Shown piece by piece: positions 48,718-59,000 of a stretch of DNA of 64,000 bases. The notes below the pieces were generated by a model, which saw only the letters and a program-made list of their open reading frames with translations, ran no database searches and was not told the origin of the DNA. The position numbers and the translations under genes are program-made. This DNA is from Gemmatimonadota bacterium (lineage in GTDB: Bacteria > Gemmatimonadota > Gemmatimonadetes > Palauibacterales > KS3-K002), in the NCBI GenBank assembly GCA_039586795.1, contig JBDHJS010000003.1:128001-192000 (forward strand), written 5' to 3'. Position 1 is the stretch's first letter, and each line of letters starts with the position of its first letter.

Positions 48718-48755
48718 TGCGGCGCGCGCGATAGAGGAGCTCAGGTACAAACGAT

Positions 48756-51700
48756 ATGTCCGACATTAAACGTCGCGATTTTCTCAAGATCCTCGGCATC
48801 AGCGGCGCCGGCACCGGGCTCGTGGGTTGTTCCCAAGAGCCCGCTCAAAAGCTCATACCCTATCTCGTTCGGCCGGAAGAGATCATCCCGGGAATTCCCA
48901 ACTGGTACGCCACCGTTTGCCGAGAGTGCCCGGCCGGCTGTGGAGTTCACGCGAAGGTTCGCGAAGGCCGCCCGATCAAGGTCGAAGGAAACCCCGACCA
49001 TCCGGTGAACGCCGGGCGTCTCTGCGCCCGCGGCCAGGCCTCGCTGCAGGGGCTCTACAACCCCGACCGCATCCAATCGCCGTTGAGGCGAACGGAGAGC
49101 GGTGAGTTCGAGGCGATCTCCTGGGACGACGCAGAGAGCCTCGTCGCGGAGCGGTTGGCCACGCTCAGCGCCTCGGGGCAGGCCGACCGGGTTTACCTGA
49201 TCAGCGATGGTGCCGTCGGCACACTCGACCGTCTGTTCGATGAATGGATGAGCGCCATCGGCTCGCCAAACCGGTTGATCCACGAGAGCTTCGACGTGGA
49301 ACCACTGCGCGAAGCCAATCGGGTCACGTTCGGACTGGCGGATATCCCGCGCTACGATCTTGACGCCGCCGAGCTGGTCGTCTCGTTCGGGGCGGAGTTC
49401 CTGGAAACCTGGGTTTCGCCGGTCCAATACACGCGGCTGTTTGCGGAGTCCCATCGCTTCCGGAACGGGCAGAAGGGTCACTTCATCCACATCGGACCGC
49501 GTCTCTCACTGACCGGCGCCAACGCCGACGAGTGGGTCGCGGCGAGCCCGACGGGCGCCATGCTCGTCGCCCTCGCGATGACGCGCGTTCTAGTGACCGA
49601 GGGTCGGGCCGGCGCACGCGGCGCCGCGATCCGCCCGCTCGTCGAGGCGTTCACGGCCGAGCGGGTCGCAGAAGCGGCCGGTGTCGAAGCCGAAACCATT
49701 GAACGCCTGGCGCAGGCTTTCGCGGAGGCGCCGTCGAGCATCGCCTTGCCGCCGGGCATCGCGACCTCACACCGGAATGCCACCGCGGCTAACGTCGCCG
49801 TCAACCTGCTCAACTATGCCGCTGGCAATCTCGGCCGCACGGTGCGTTTCGGTCCCAACGTGGTTCGGCGCCAACCGACGAATTTGGCGCGTTGGACAGA
49901 GGCTGCCGAGTCGATGCGCAGCGGAGCGGTACAGGTTGCGTTCGTGCACGGGACCGACCCGGTGCAGACGTTGCCCGCCGCCCTCGGCATTTCGGAAGCG
50001 TTGGATAACGTCGACCTCGTCGTCAGCTTCTCGAGCTTTATGGACGAGACGACCGCTCGTGCCGACCTGATCCTCCCCGATCACACGCCGCTGGAGAGTT
50101 GGGGCGATCACGAGCCAGAGGTCGGTGTTCGCGGGCTGATGCAGCCGACTCTGAATCCAGTGTTCGACACAAGAGCGACGGGCGACGTCATGCTGTCCCT
50201 CGCCTCGCGCCTCGGCGGAGCGGCGGCGTCCGCGTTCTCGCACACGGACTTCGCGTCTTATCTACGCGATACCTGGCGCGCCATCCACCGCGATCATGCT
50301 CCGCAGCAGGCGTTCGACGACTTTTGGCGAACGTCGGTTCAGAGCGGTGGCGCCTGGCGCTCTGCGGGGACGCAGGCCGTGACGCTCAATCCGGCGGTCG
50401 CCGGAGTGAACTTCGACGAACCGGCCATCGATGGTGACGCTAGCACGCCTTATACGTTGGTCGTCTACCCGTCACCGAACCTATACGACGGGCGCGGTGC
50501 GAATCGGCCGTGGCTCCAAGAACTGCCCGACCCGGTCACAAAGGTCGTCTGGAATTCTTGGGTCGAGATGCACCCCGCGGTTGCTGAACGGCTGGGTGTA
50601 TCGAACGGAGATGTCGTCGAGATTAGCTCGCCGCACGGCTCCGTGGAAGCTCCGGTCTTCGTCTATCACGGCATTCGCGAAGACACCATCGCTATCCCGA
50701 TCGGTCAGGGTCACGAGCACTTCGGACGCTGGGCGCAGGGGCGCGGCGTCAATCCGCTGGCGCTGCTACCGGCCGCTGCCGACGAGAGCTCCGGCAGCAT
50801 CGCCTGGCTCTCCACCCACGCCGCGGTTACAGCCACCGGCCGCCGGATCCAGCTCGTTGAGACCCAGGGCTCCTACGACGACCGGGGACGCGAGATTGCG
50901 GAGGTCATCAGCCTCGCAGCTGCGACTGAGGCGGAGGCGCACGCCGCTGAGGAGATCGAGGCCAATCCCGAGGAACTGGTCGAAACATCGCAGGACGCGG
51001 ACCCCAAGAGCCCGTACCGCTGGGGGATGGCGATCGATCTCTCAAGCTGCATTGGCTGCTCCGCCTGTGTCACCGCCTGCTACGCAGAGAACAACATCCC
51101 GATCGTCGGTGAGGAGTTGGCGGCACAGGGTCGGGAGATGGCCTGGATCCGCGTCGAGAATTACTACGAGCACTTGCTCGAGGAAGCCGGTCATGGTGAA
51201 AGCAGCGGCGGGACGCACGGTGAAGACGCCGGCGACCCGACGCACGTCGTTCACTTGCCGATGATGTGCCAGCAGTGCGGAAACGCACCGTGCGAGCCTG
51301 TTTGTCCGGTCTACGCGACCTATCACAACCCCGAAGGACTCAACGTACAGGTCTACAACCGCTGCGTCGGCACTCGCTACTGTGCGAACAACTGCCCGTA
51401 CAAGGCACGCCGCTTCGAGTGGTTCGACTACGATTTCCCGTACCCGCTGAACCTGCAGCTGAATCCTGACGTCACGGTGCGCGAGAAGGGTGTGATGGAG
51501 AAGTGCACGTTCTGCGTGCAGCGCATCATGTCCGCGCGCGACGCCGCCGCCCACGAAGGTCGAGACGTAGCCGATGGCGAAGTGACTACGGCTTGCGCGC
51601 AGACCTGTCCCGCCGAGGCGATCGTCTTCGGTAACCTGCGCGATCCGCACAGCCGAGTTTCCAGGCTCACGCGAAGCGGCCGAAGCTATCACGTGCTGGG

Positions 51701-51767
51701 AGAGCTGAACACACGACCCGCGATCACCTACCTGAAGGATGTCTCGCGGGGCACGGAGGAGGCATAG
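48756..51767 (+). CDS. actB: Alternative complex III subunit B (molybdopterin-oxidoreductase-like + Fe-S ferredoxin domains)
   Basis: Tat motif KRRDFLK and LVGC; EGRPIKVEGNP; NRPWLQELPDPVTKVVW; CIGCSACVTAC, CQQCGNAPCEPVC, YNRCVGTRYCANNC, KCTFC. Confidence 0.95.
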   Translation: MSDIKRRDFLKILGISGAGTGLVGCSQEPAQKLIPYLVRPEEIIPGIPNWYATVCRECPAGCGVHAKVREGRPIKVEGNPDHPVNAGRLCARGQASLQGLYNPDRIQSPLRRTESGEFEAISWDDAESLVAERLATLSASGQADRVYLISDGAVGTLDRLFDEWMSAIGSPNRLIHESFDVEPLREANRVTFGLADIPRYDLDAAELVVSFGAEFLETWVSPVQYTRLFAESHRFRNGQKGHFIHIGPRLSLTGANADEWVAASPTGAMLVALAMTRVLVTEGRAGARGAAIRPLVEAFTAERVAEAAGVEAETIERLAQAFAEAPSSIALPPGIATSHRNATAANVAVNLLNYAAGNLGRTVRFGPNVVRRQPTNLARWTEAAESMRSGAVQVAFVHGTDPVQTLPAALGISEALDNVDLVVSFSSFMDETTARADLILPDHTPLESWGDHEPEVGVRGLMQPTLNPVFDTRATGDVMLSLASRLGGAAASAFSHTDFASYLRDTWRAIHRDHAPQQAFDDFWRTSVQSGGAWRSAGTQAVTLNPAVAGVNFDEPAIDGDASTPYTLVVYPSPNLYDGRGANRPWLQELPDPVTKVVWNSWVEMHPAVAERLGVSNGDVVEISSPHGSVEAPVFVYHGIREDTIAIPIGQGHEHFGRWAQGRGVNPLALLPAAADESSGSIAWLSTHAAVTATGRRIQLVETQGSYDDRGREIAEVISLAAATEAEAHAAEEIEANPEELVETSQDADPKSPYRWGMAIDLSSCIGCSACVTACYAENNIPIVGEELAAQGREMAWIRVENYYEHLLEEAGHGESSGGTHGEDAGDPTHVVHLPMMCQQCGNAPCEPVCPVYATYHNPEGLNVQVYNRCVGTRYCANNCPYKARRFEWFDYDFPYPLNLQLNPDVTVREKGVMEKCTFCVQRIMSARDAAAHEGRDVADGEVTTACAQTCPAEAIVFGNLRDPHSRVSRLTRSGRSYHVLGELNTRPAITYLKDVSRGTEEA

Positions 51768-53144
51768 ATGGCATCGGTCGCACCGCCGGCAGGTTCCACG
51801 TTCGGGAGAGTAAGCCGCGATATCATCGGGGCGCTCTGGGGGGCCGATTGGCGCTACAAGACCCTGATGGCCGTACTGATCCTCATCCTGAGCTGGGCCG
51901 GCTTCGCCTGGGTCTATCAGATCAAATACGGGATGGGGACCGCAGGGATCACCCACCCGGTGATGTGGGGCGTCTACATCACAAATTTCGTCTTCTGGGT
52001 CGGCATCGCCCACTCCGGCACGCTGATCTCCGCGATCCTATATCTGCTACGCTCCGGCTGGCGCACCACGATCAATCGCGCCGCCGAAGCGATGACGATC
52101 TTCGCGGTAATGACCGCCGGGCTCTTCCCGCTGATTCATCTGGGACGGATCTGGTACTTCTATTTCTTGGCGCCATATCCCAACCAGCGATTCCTCTGGC
52201 CGAACTTCCGTTCGCCGCTGGTCTGGGACTTCTTCGCTATCAGTACCTATTTCACGATCAGTCTGTTGTTCTGGTACTCGGGGCTGATCCCCGACATGGC
52301 GACGATAAGGGACAAGTTCCGCGGCGCCACGAGCCGTATGGCCCGGCTGAAGGAAAAGATCTACGGCACCCTGGCCCTCGGCTGGCAGGGCAGCGATGAC
52401 CAGTGGAAGAACTACCGCCGCATGTATCTGTACATGGCGGCCATTGCAACGCCGCTGGTCCTGTCGGTGCACAGTGTCGTGTCGTGGGACTTCGCGATGG
52501 CGATCACCCCCGGCTGGCACTCGACGATCTTCGCACCCTACTTCGTCGCCGGCGCCATCTTCTCCGGGATCGCCATGGTGATCACTCTATCGATCCCGTT
52601 CCGCTGGGCGTTGGGCCTCGAGGACTACATCAACGAGTACCACTACGACAACATGGGCAAGCTCATGTTGCTCACGTCCCTGATCGTCGGCTACGCGTAC
52701 GGGGCCGAGTATTTCATGACGTGGTACTCCGGCGACCCCATAGAGATGGACAGTTTCACCTGGCGAGCGATAGGAGCCTACAGGGGCCCGTTCGCTATCA
52801 TGGTGACCTGCAACGTCCTGATTCCGTTGTTGCTCTTTTCACGGCGGATCCGCCGGAACATCAAAGTGATGTTCGTCATCTCGGTGTTCGTGAACATCGG
52901 AATGTGGTACGAGCGATTCGTGATCATCGTCACCTCGCTGGCACACGAGTACTTGCCCGGGGCCTGGGGGCTTTACACTCCGTCCTGGGTAGAGTTGTCG
53001 ATCACGGTTGGCAGCTTCGCGTGGTTCCTCTTCTGGTTCATGATCTTCGCGAAGACGCTGCCCGCCATCTCGATCACCGAGGTGAAGGAATCGATCGCCG
53101 AAGGCGTTTGGAGCCCCGGCGACAAGAAGGAAGATGCGAGCTGA
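51768..53144 (+). CDS. actC: Alternative complex III quinol-binding subunit C (NrfD family)
   Basis: WGVYITNFVFWVGIAHSGTLISAIL, INRAAEAMT, NFRSPLVWDF, SVHSVVSWDFA, GWHSTIF.PYFVAGA. Confidence 0.96.
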   Translation: MASVAPPAGSTFGRVSRDIIGALWGADWRYKTLMAVLILILSWAGFAWVYQIKYGMGTAGITHPVMWGVYITNFVFWVGIAHSGTLISAILYLLRSGWRTTINRAAEAMTIFAVMTAGLFPLIHLGRIWYFYFLAPYPNQRFLWPNFRSPLVWDFFAISTYFTISLLFWYSGLIPDMATIRDKFRGATSRMARLKEKIYGTLALGWQGSDDQWKNYRRMYLYMAAIATPLVLSVHSVVSWDFAMAITPGWHSTIFAPYFVAGAIFSGIAMVITLSIPFRWALGLEDYINEYHYDNMGKLMLLTSLIVGYAYGAEYFMTWYSGDPIEMDSFTWRAIGAYRGPFAIMVTCNVLIPLLLFSRRIRRNIKVMFVISVFVNIGMWYERFVIIVTSLAHEYLPGAWGLYTPSWVELSITVGSFAWFLFWFMIFAKTLPAISITEVKESIAEGVWSPGDKKEDAS

Positions 53145-53655
53145 CATGCAGGCGCTAGTTGCGGTAACCGCCACGTTCGACGATATCCACACCGTCGTCG
53201 GGTCTGTCCGCTCGATACGCGCGGAGGGCTGTCAGGAGATACAGGTCTATGGGCCGATCATGGAACAGGAGCTCGAGGACGCGATCGGCAAGCCACCTAG
53301 CCCGGTGCGTCGTTACGCTCTAATCGGCGGAATCACCGGCTGTATTTGCGGGTTCGCCCTGACGATCTGGTCCTCGTTCTACTACCCCCTCGTCGTCGGC
53401 GGCAAGAACCTTGAATCGATCCCGGCCTATGTGGTCATCGGTTTCGAAATGACCATCCTGTTCGCCGGTATATCGGCGCTCATCGGCATGCTGATCCACA
53501 ACCGCATGCCGGCGCGCAAGCTCTCGCACGCTCACAAGACCGGCTACAGCGACGATATGTTCGGCGTTCGCGTCATCTGCGACCCGGGCCGCGCGTCCAA
53601 GGTCGAGGAGATGCTGCGCAGTTACGGGCCCAACGAGGTGTATGTTGAGAAGTAG
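53134..53655 (+). CDS. actD: Alternative complex III subunit D (DUF3341)
   Basis: Two TMs with YPLVVGGK and FEMTILF; operon position. Confidence 0.92.
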   Translation: MRADMQALVAVTATFDDIHTVVGSVRSIRAEGCQEIQVYGPIMEQELEDAIGKPPSPVRRYALIGGITGCICGFALTIWSSFYYPLVVGGKNLESIPAYVVIGFEMTILFAGISALIGMLIHNRMPARKLSHAHKTGYSDDMFGVRVICDPGRASKVEEMLRSYGPNEVYVEK

Positions 53656-54184
53656 TCGATCGTATCTGGGAACGCTCCCGATAGCGGCCGCTCTCCTGGT
53701 ATTGGCCGGTTGTCGCGGCACGGAGATCGAGGACGCCATCGACAAAGTCGATTGGTTCAGCAACATGCGCGACCAGGTGGCGCTGGAGCCTTTCGAAGAA
53801 CCGGCCCGCATGCCGCCTGATGGGACGATCTCCGTGGACGCCGGCGTGCCTCTCGGCAGTACCGCGGATGATTACGACGACATCGTTAATCCCATTCCGG
53901 CGAGCGCCGAAGGTCTCGAGCGCGGTCAAGAGCTCTACGACATCTATTGCTCGGTTTGCCATGGGCCGGAAGGTTCCGGCGGCGGCAGCATCGAGGGACC
54001 GTTCCCTCGCGGATTGATCAACATGCTGACCACGCAGCGGGCGCAGGATCTTACCGACGGTTACATCTTCGGCATGATGGCCGTCGGTCGTGGACTGATG
54101 CCTAATTACCGCAGAATCACCCAGGAAGAACGCTGGATGATCGTCAACTACGTCCGGCAGCTACAGGAGCTGTACGGTGAGTAG
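53642..54184 (+). CDS. actE: Alternative complex III monoheme cytochrome c lipoprotein subunit E
   Basis: Lipobox LAGC; NMRDQ, CSVCHG, G.GLMP.Y, ERWMIVNYVRQL. Confidence 0.92.
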   Translation: MLRSSRSYLGTLPIAAALLVLAGCRGTEIEDAIDKVDWFSNMRDQVALEPFEEPARMPPDGTISVDAGVPLGSTADDYDDIVNPIPASAEGLERGQELYDIYCSVCHGPEGSGGGSIEGPFPRGLINMLTTQRAQDLTDGYIFGMMAVGRGLMPNYRRITQEERWMIVNYVRQLQELYGE

Positions 54185-54192
54185 CTCTACAA

Positions 54193-54266
54193 CTCCTGCT
54201 CGTGCTTCTGCTCGTGCTCCTGCTCCAATAAGCGAGCACGAGCACGAGCAGGAGCAGGAGCACGAG
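54193..54266. repeat. Inverted hexamer tandem repeat (CTCSTG)n / (GAGCAS)n
   Basis: About 5.5 hexamer units on each arm separated by 8 nt; a half copy occurs at 55997..56011. Confidence 0.85.
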
Positions 54267-54278
54267 TGAAGGTGAAGG

Positions 54279-55568
54279 ATGGCCGAAACGCACACTGAAG
54301 CGAAGGCGTACACCGACGCCGACATACTGAGCCGGGTACCCGGGCGCATCAACGGCCGGTTGTTCATGGCCCTGGCCGCCCTGGTTGCCCTGGGACTCGT
54401 CGGATTTGTTGCCGGCCTGTTCGCCGCTCCGCAGCGCGCCTGGCAGGTGTACCTGGTTAACTTCCTCTTTTTCTCGGGGCTCGCGGCGGCCGGCGTGATC
54501 TTCGGCGCGGCGATGCAGCTGGCCAAGGGACATTGGGGGAAGTCGATGCATCGCTTCGCCCAGGGGTTCGGCGCCTTCTTGCCGGTCTCCTTTGTACTGT
54601 TCCTTGTACTCTATATGGGTAGCGATCTGATCTTCCCCTGGATCGGGCATCCTGTGAATCATGAAGGGCATCCGTTGCCCGCCATCTGGTTCAGTGTCGG
54701 CAATCTGTTCTTGCGGGGAGCGGTCTTTCTTGCCCTGTTCTACGCTCTCTGCTTCGCCTTCATGTATTTCACGCTGCGACCGGACATGCCTCTTGTTGCA
54801 GGGCAGCTGAGCGGTTGGCGCCGCCGGCTGGTCGACTGGATTGGCCGCAACCACCAGGGCGGCGATGACGAGGCTTCTCGCTCGCGCCGAGTGTTGGTGC
54901 GCCTTGCGCCGATCGTTGCTCTGGCCTATGTGGTCGTGCTAAGCGGGATGGCCATCGATCTCATCATGTCGCTCGCGCCCGGCTGGCTATCGGTACTCTA
55001 CCCGGCCTACTTCTTCATCGGTGCCTGGCTCTCGGCACTGGCCGGCACGGCGCTGATGGCGGCTCTCTTTCGCAAGTACAACAGCTTCGACGTATTCGAG
55101 TCGAACCAGTGGCATGATCTCGGCAAGCTGATCTTCGCGTTCTGTGTCTTCTGGGCCTACCTCTGGTTCTCTCAGTTCCTGCCCATCTGGTACGGTAACC
55201 TCCCGAGAGAGACGTTCTTCCTGGAGGTTCGCACAGAGCCGCCCTGGCTTGTTGTCTCGATCGCGTTCTTCGTTCTCGTCTTTTTGATTCCGTTCGTTTT
55301 GCTGCTATGGCAGAAGGTGAAGACGGTCCCCGGCTACCTGGCATCGGTGGCAGTGGTCGTAATGGCGGGGCTGTGGCTACAGCGTTTCAATGAGGTGATC
55401 GCGTCGATCTGGGCGGAAGGAGTTCCGTTTGGCTGGATCGAGTTGCTAATCACGCTTGGGTTTGTCGGCGCCTTCGGCCTCTGCTACGCGCTTTACGCTT
55501 CGACGTTCCCGATGGTGCCGCTGCGGGAGAGCCTGATCATCGGCTCAGCTCGCAAAGGGCCGTACTAG
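54279..55568 (+). CDS. actF: Alternative complex III subunit F
   Basis: About 10 TMs; DLIMSLAPGWLS, HDLGKLIFAF.VFWAYLWFSQFLPIWYGNLPRE. Confidence 0.94.
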   Translation: MAETHTEAKAYTDADILSRVPGRINGRLFMALAALVALGLVGFVAGLFAAPQRAWQVYLVNFLFFSGLAAAGVIFGAAMQLAKGHWGKSMHRFAQGFGAFLPVSFVLFLVLYMGSDLIFPWIGHPVNHEGHPLPAIWFSVGNLFLRGAVFLALFYALCFAFMYFTLRPDMPLVAGQLSGWRRRLVDWIGRNHQGGDDEASRSRRVLVRLAPIVALAYVVVLSGMAIDLIMSLAPGWLSVLYPAYFFIGAWLSALAGTALMAALFRKYNSFDVFESNQWHDLGKLIFAFCVFWAYLWFSQFLPIWYGNLPRETFFLEVRTEPPWLVVSIAFFVLVFLIPFVLLLWQKVKTVPGYLASVAVVVMAGLWLQRFNEVIASIWAEGVPFGWIELLITLGFVGAFGLCYALYASTFPMVPLRESLIIGSARKGPY

Positions 55569-55586
55569 AAGAGGGATTGTTTCTTG

Positions 55587-55961
55587 ATGAGGCAGTCAAA
55601 TCCGCTGGTCGAGATCCACTTCGCGCTCTGGGGTGTCCTTTCCGTGCCCCTCGGATTCGCAGGCATGTTCTTCTTGATCCCCGGGTTGCTGCTCGTCGAG
55701 GGATTCACCCTCCAGGCGATCGCCGGAACCATTCTCGTGTACGTCGCGCAGTTGACGCGATGGAAGCGCATGGCCTGGATGTTCGGTTTACTTCTGCACG
55801 CCGGCCTGCTGGTGGCGGCGATCTTCTACGTCCCACGGTGGCCGTTGTTGCTCGGCATACCATTGGCCGTCCTGAATCTGTACTCGCTTATCGTTCTGCT
55901 TGTCTATCGGCGGATGTGGAGCGGCGAGGAGAGCGCACGACTCGAGGCTCTGCTGGCGTAG
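55587..55961 (+). CDS. Hypothetical small membrane protein
   Basis: Four hydrophobic segments; immediately follows actF. Confidence 0.65.
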   Translation: MRQSNPLVEIHFALWGVLSVPLGFAGMFFLIPGLLLVEGFTLQAIAGTILVYVAQLTRWKRMAWMFGLLLHAGLLVAAIFYVPRWPLLLGIPLAVLNLYSLIVLLVYRRMWSGEESARLEALLA

Positions 55962-56015
55962 GTTCGACCACCATTACCAAAAAGCCATCCTCCAGCCTCC
56001 TGCTCGTGCTCGCCG

Positions 56016-59000
56016 CTATACCGAGAAGTACTTGGCCTCAGGGTGGTGAACCACTAGCGCCGCCGTCGCCAATTCCGGTATCAACGCCCCCGCCTCGGTA
56101 AGATCCATCCCCAGCTTCTCCCGCGCTGCTAGTAGCTCGAAGACGATGCTATGCTGACGGTGGTCGGGACAGGCGCCGTAGCCCCACGAGTAGCGCAGCC
56201 CGCGTTCAGGGTCGATCCCCAACTCCTTCCGAATCACACGGTGAACGTACTCTGCTCCTGCCTCCGCGAGGCGTACACCGAAACCGTGCAGGTAGTAGCC
56301 TTCAGAATAGTCACCTGACTTCATCAACTTCTCGGATTTCTCCAGCAACTCATCGCCCACGGTAACGATCTGAAAGGCGACGACGTCCCTAGCGTCGTTC
56401 TCAGCCGGGGCAAAGTAGTCCGCCAGGCTCAGCTTGTCGTATTCCTTTTGCCGCGGGAATGGGAAGCGGGCGATCTCCCGCTCGAAATCGCTGGGATCGT
56501 AGACGACCAGGTCGTCACGGTCGGAGGCCGCTGGGAAGAATCCATAAGCGGCTTGAGGCCGAAGCCACCCCCCCGCCAGCGCCTCCTGCTTGTAACGCTC
56601 CAAGCGGGGCTCGAATTCCTCACCGAGCAGACGCTGCCATTCCTCGCCCTTGGCATTCTTCGCACCCCAGTGGAGGCGGTACAGAGTGTTCAAGTCGATG
56701 AGCGGGAACAGGTCGGCAAGCGGCAGCCGTTCAAGCTGCTTGACCCCCCAGAACGCTGGTAGGGGGATCGTGACTTCCCGCGTTAGACCCGTTGAGCCTG
56801 CGAGGCCGGCTCGACGGGCCTTCGCCACTTCCTGAAGAGCCTCGCGTCGCGCGACGCCTTCCCTGATCTCCGTCTCACGGGCGCTGATGAATTCGTCACG
56901 CCCCGCTTCGTCGGTCAGAGCATCCACCGCGGACAACCCGGCAAACGCGTCCTTGCAGTAGAAGAGCCCCGACGGATAGACTGTTTCCTTCGCCTCATCG
57001 ACGAACGCGGCATTGCGGACGAATGACGGGTTGATCGCCGCACCGCCTACCAGCACCGGATAGTCCAACCCACGCGAATGCAGCTCCTGCACGCACAAGG
57101 GCATCTGCTTCGAAGTGGAGACCAGAAGTGCTGAAAGGCCGATGGCGTCCGCACCCACCTCTTGGGCTTTCTCGATGATGTTGTTGACCGGAACCTGTTT
57201 GCCCAGGTCGTACACCGAGTATCCGTTATTCGTCAGAATCGTGCCGACCAGGTTCTTGCCGATGTCGTGCACGTCTCCGTACACGGTGGCGAGCACGACC
57301 TTCCCTTTTGTCGTACCCTCGAGTTGATCGAGGTAAGTCTCCAGCCGAGCGACCGCCTTCTTCATCACTTCGGCAGACTGTAAGACAAACGGGAGAATCA
57401 GTTCCCCAGCGCCGAACTTGTCCCCGACCTCTTTCATCGCCGGAAGCAGGACGTTGTTCAGCACCCATACCGCCGCTTCGTTGTCGCCGCCGCGTTGTTC
57501 GATCGACGTGTCGACGAGCTGCTCGATCCCCTCTTTCTTCCGGTGCAGGATCATCCAGTGGATCGCCTCGTCCGCCGACATGTCGGACGTCGGGTCCACC
57601 TTCTCGACCTCCTCCGCTTCATGCTCCTCGTAGTAGGCGATGAAGCGCGCCAGGGCATCCTCCCGACGATCGAAGATCAGGTCGTCAGCCAGGGCTCTCT
57701 GTTTCTCATCGATCTCCGCGTACGGCGTGATGTGAGCCGCGTTGACGATCGCCATATCGAGGCCCGCCTCCACGCAGTGATGCATGAACACGGAATTTAG
57801 GACCGCGCGTGCATGGGGCCTGAGCCCGAACGACACGTTCGAGACGCCAAGGCTGGTGAGAACGCCGGGAAGCTCGCGCTTGATCTTGCGGATCCCCTCG
57901 ATCGTCTCGATCGCGGACTTTCTGAACTCCTCGTCACCGGTGGCGAGCGTGAACGTGAGATCATCAAAGATCAGATCGGCCGAGCGTATGCCGTACTCGT
58001 CGACGCAGATGTCGTGGATGCGCCGAGCGATCTCCAGTTTGCGCTCAGCCGTCTTCGCCATTCCCGTCTCGTCTATCGTCAGCGCAATCAATGCCGCGCC
58101 GTGCTCTACCGCGTGCGGCAGCACAGCGTCGATCCGGTCGCGGCCGCTCTCGAGGTTGATCGAGTTGATGACCGCTCGCCCCGGGTTCTGCTTGAGCGCC
58201 GCTTCGACTACGTCAACCTCCGTCGTATCTATAACGAGCGGCGCCGCGACTCCCTGCGCCAGCAGCTTGACCAGGGTTCGCATCTGCTCCGCCTCGTCCT
58301 GCCGCTCGGTGAGGGCCGTGCAAACGTCCAGCAGGTGGGCGCCGCCTTCGACCTGATCTCTCGCGACGCCGAGGATGTCGTCGTATCGGTCTTCGAGTAG
58401 CAGCTGTTTCACCGCTCTCGAGCCCTGACTGTTCACTCGTTCACCGATGATCGTCGGCGCCGGGTTCTGCGCCATGTCGAACGCCTCCATGGCACTCGAC
58501 ACGCGTGGGACATCGGCCACTTCCCGCCCACCGGGCTCCGATCCCCACACGCGATCGACCACAGCCTTCAGGTGATCCGGAGTCGTCCCGCAGCATCCGC
58601 CCACGATGTTGACGCCGATACGGCTCACGAATTCGTCGTGCGCCGCCGCAAGTTCCTCAGGCGTCAGGCCGTAGACCGCTACGCCGTCCACATTGTGAGG
58701 GATCCCCGCGTTGGGGATTACGCTCACCGGCAGATTCGTGTTGCCGCACAGGAAGCGGATCGGCTGCCTCATGTGCTCCGGGCCCGTCGAACAGTTGAGC
58801 CCGATGGCGTCGACGCCCACGGCCTCGAGAGTGACCAGCGCAGCCTCGACGTTCGTCCCCAACAGCATGCGGCCCGACGTATCGAGCGTCGGTTGGACCT
58901 GGATTGGCAACCAACTTCCCGTGTCCTTCATCGCTCGCCGGCACCCGGTCACGGCAGCCCTGAGCTCGAGGATATCCTGGCCGGTTTCGACGATCAGCAC

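Noticed and set aside
48756..51767. Catalytic molybdoenzyme (formate dehydrogenase or nitrate reductase)
   Set aside because: The fused ferredoxin domain and actA/C/D/E/F context identify it as ActB.
47239..52013. Long antisense or alternate-frame ORFs (e.g. 47239..48291, 50431..51264, 51042..52013; likewise 3640..4452, 43389..44333)
   Set aside because: They overlap well-supported genes and are expected by-products of high-GC codon bias.
54193..54266. Possible CRISPR-like repeat
   Set aside because: A hexamer microsatellite palindrome without spacers; no cas genes in the window.
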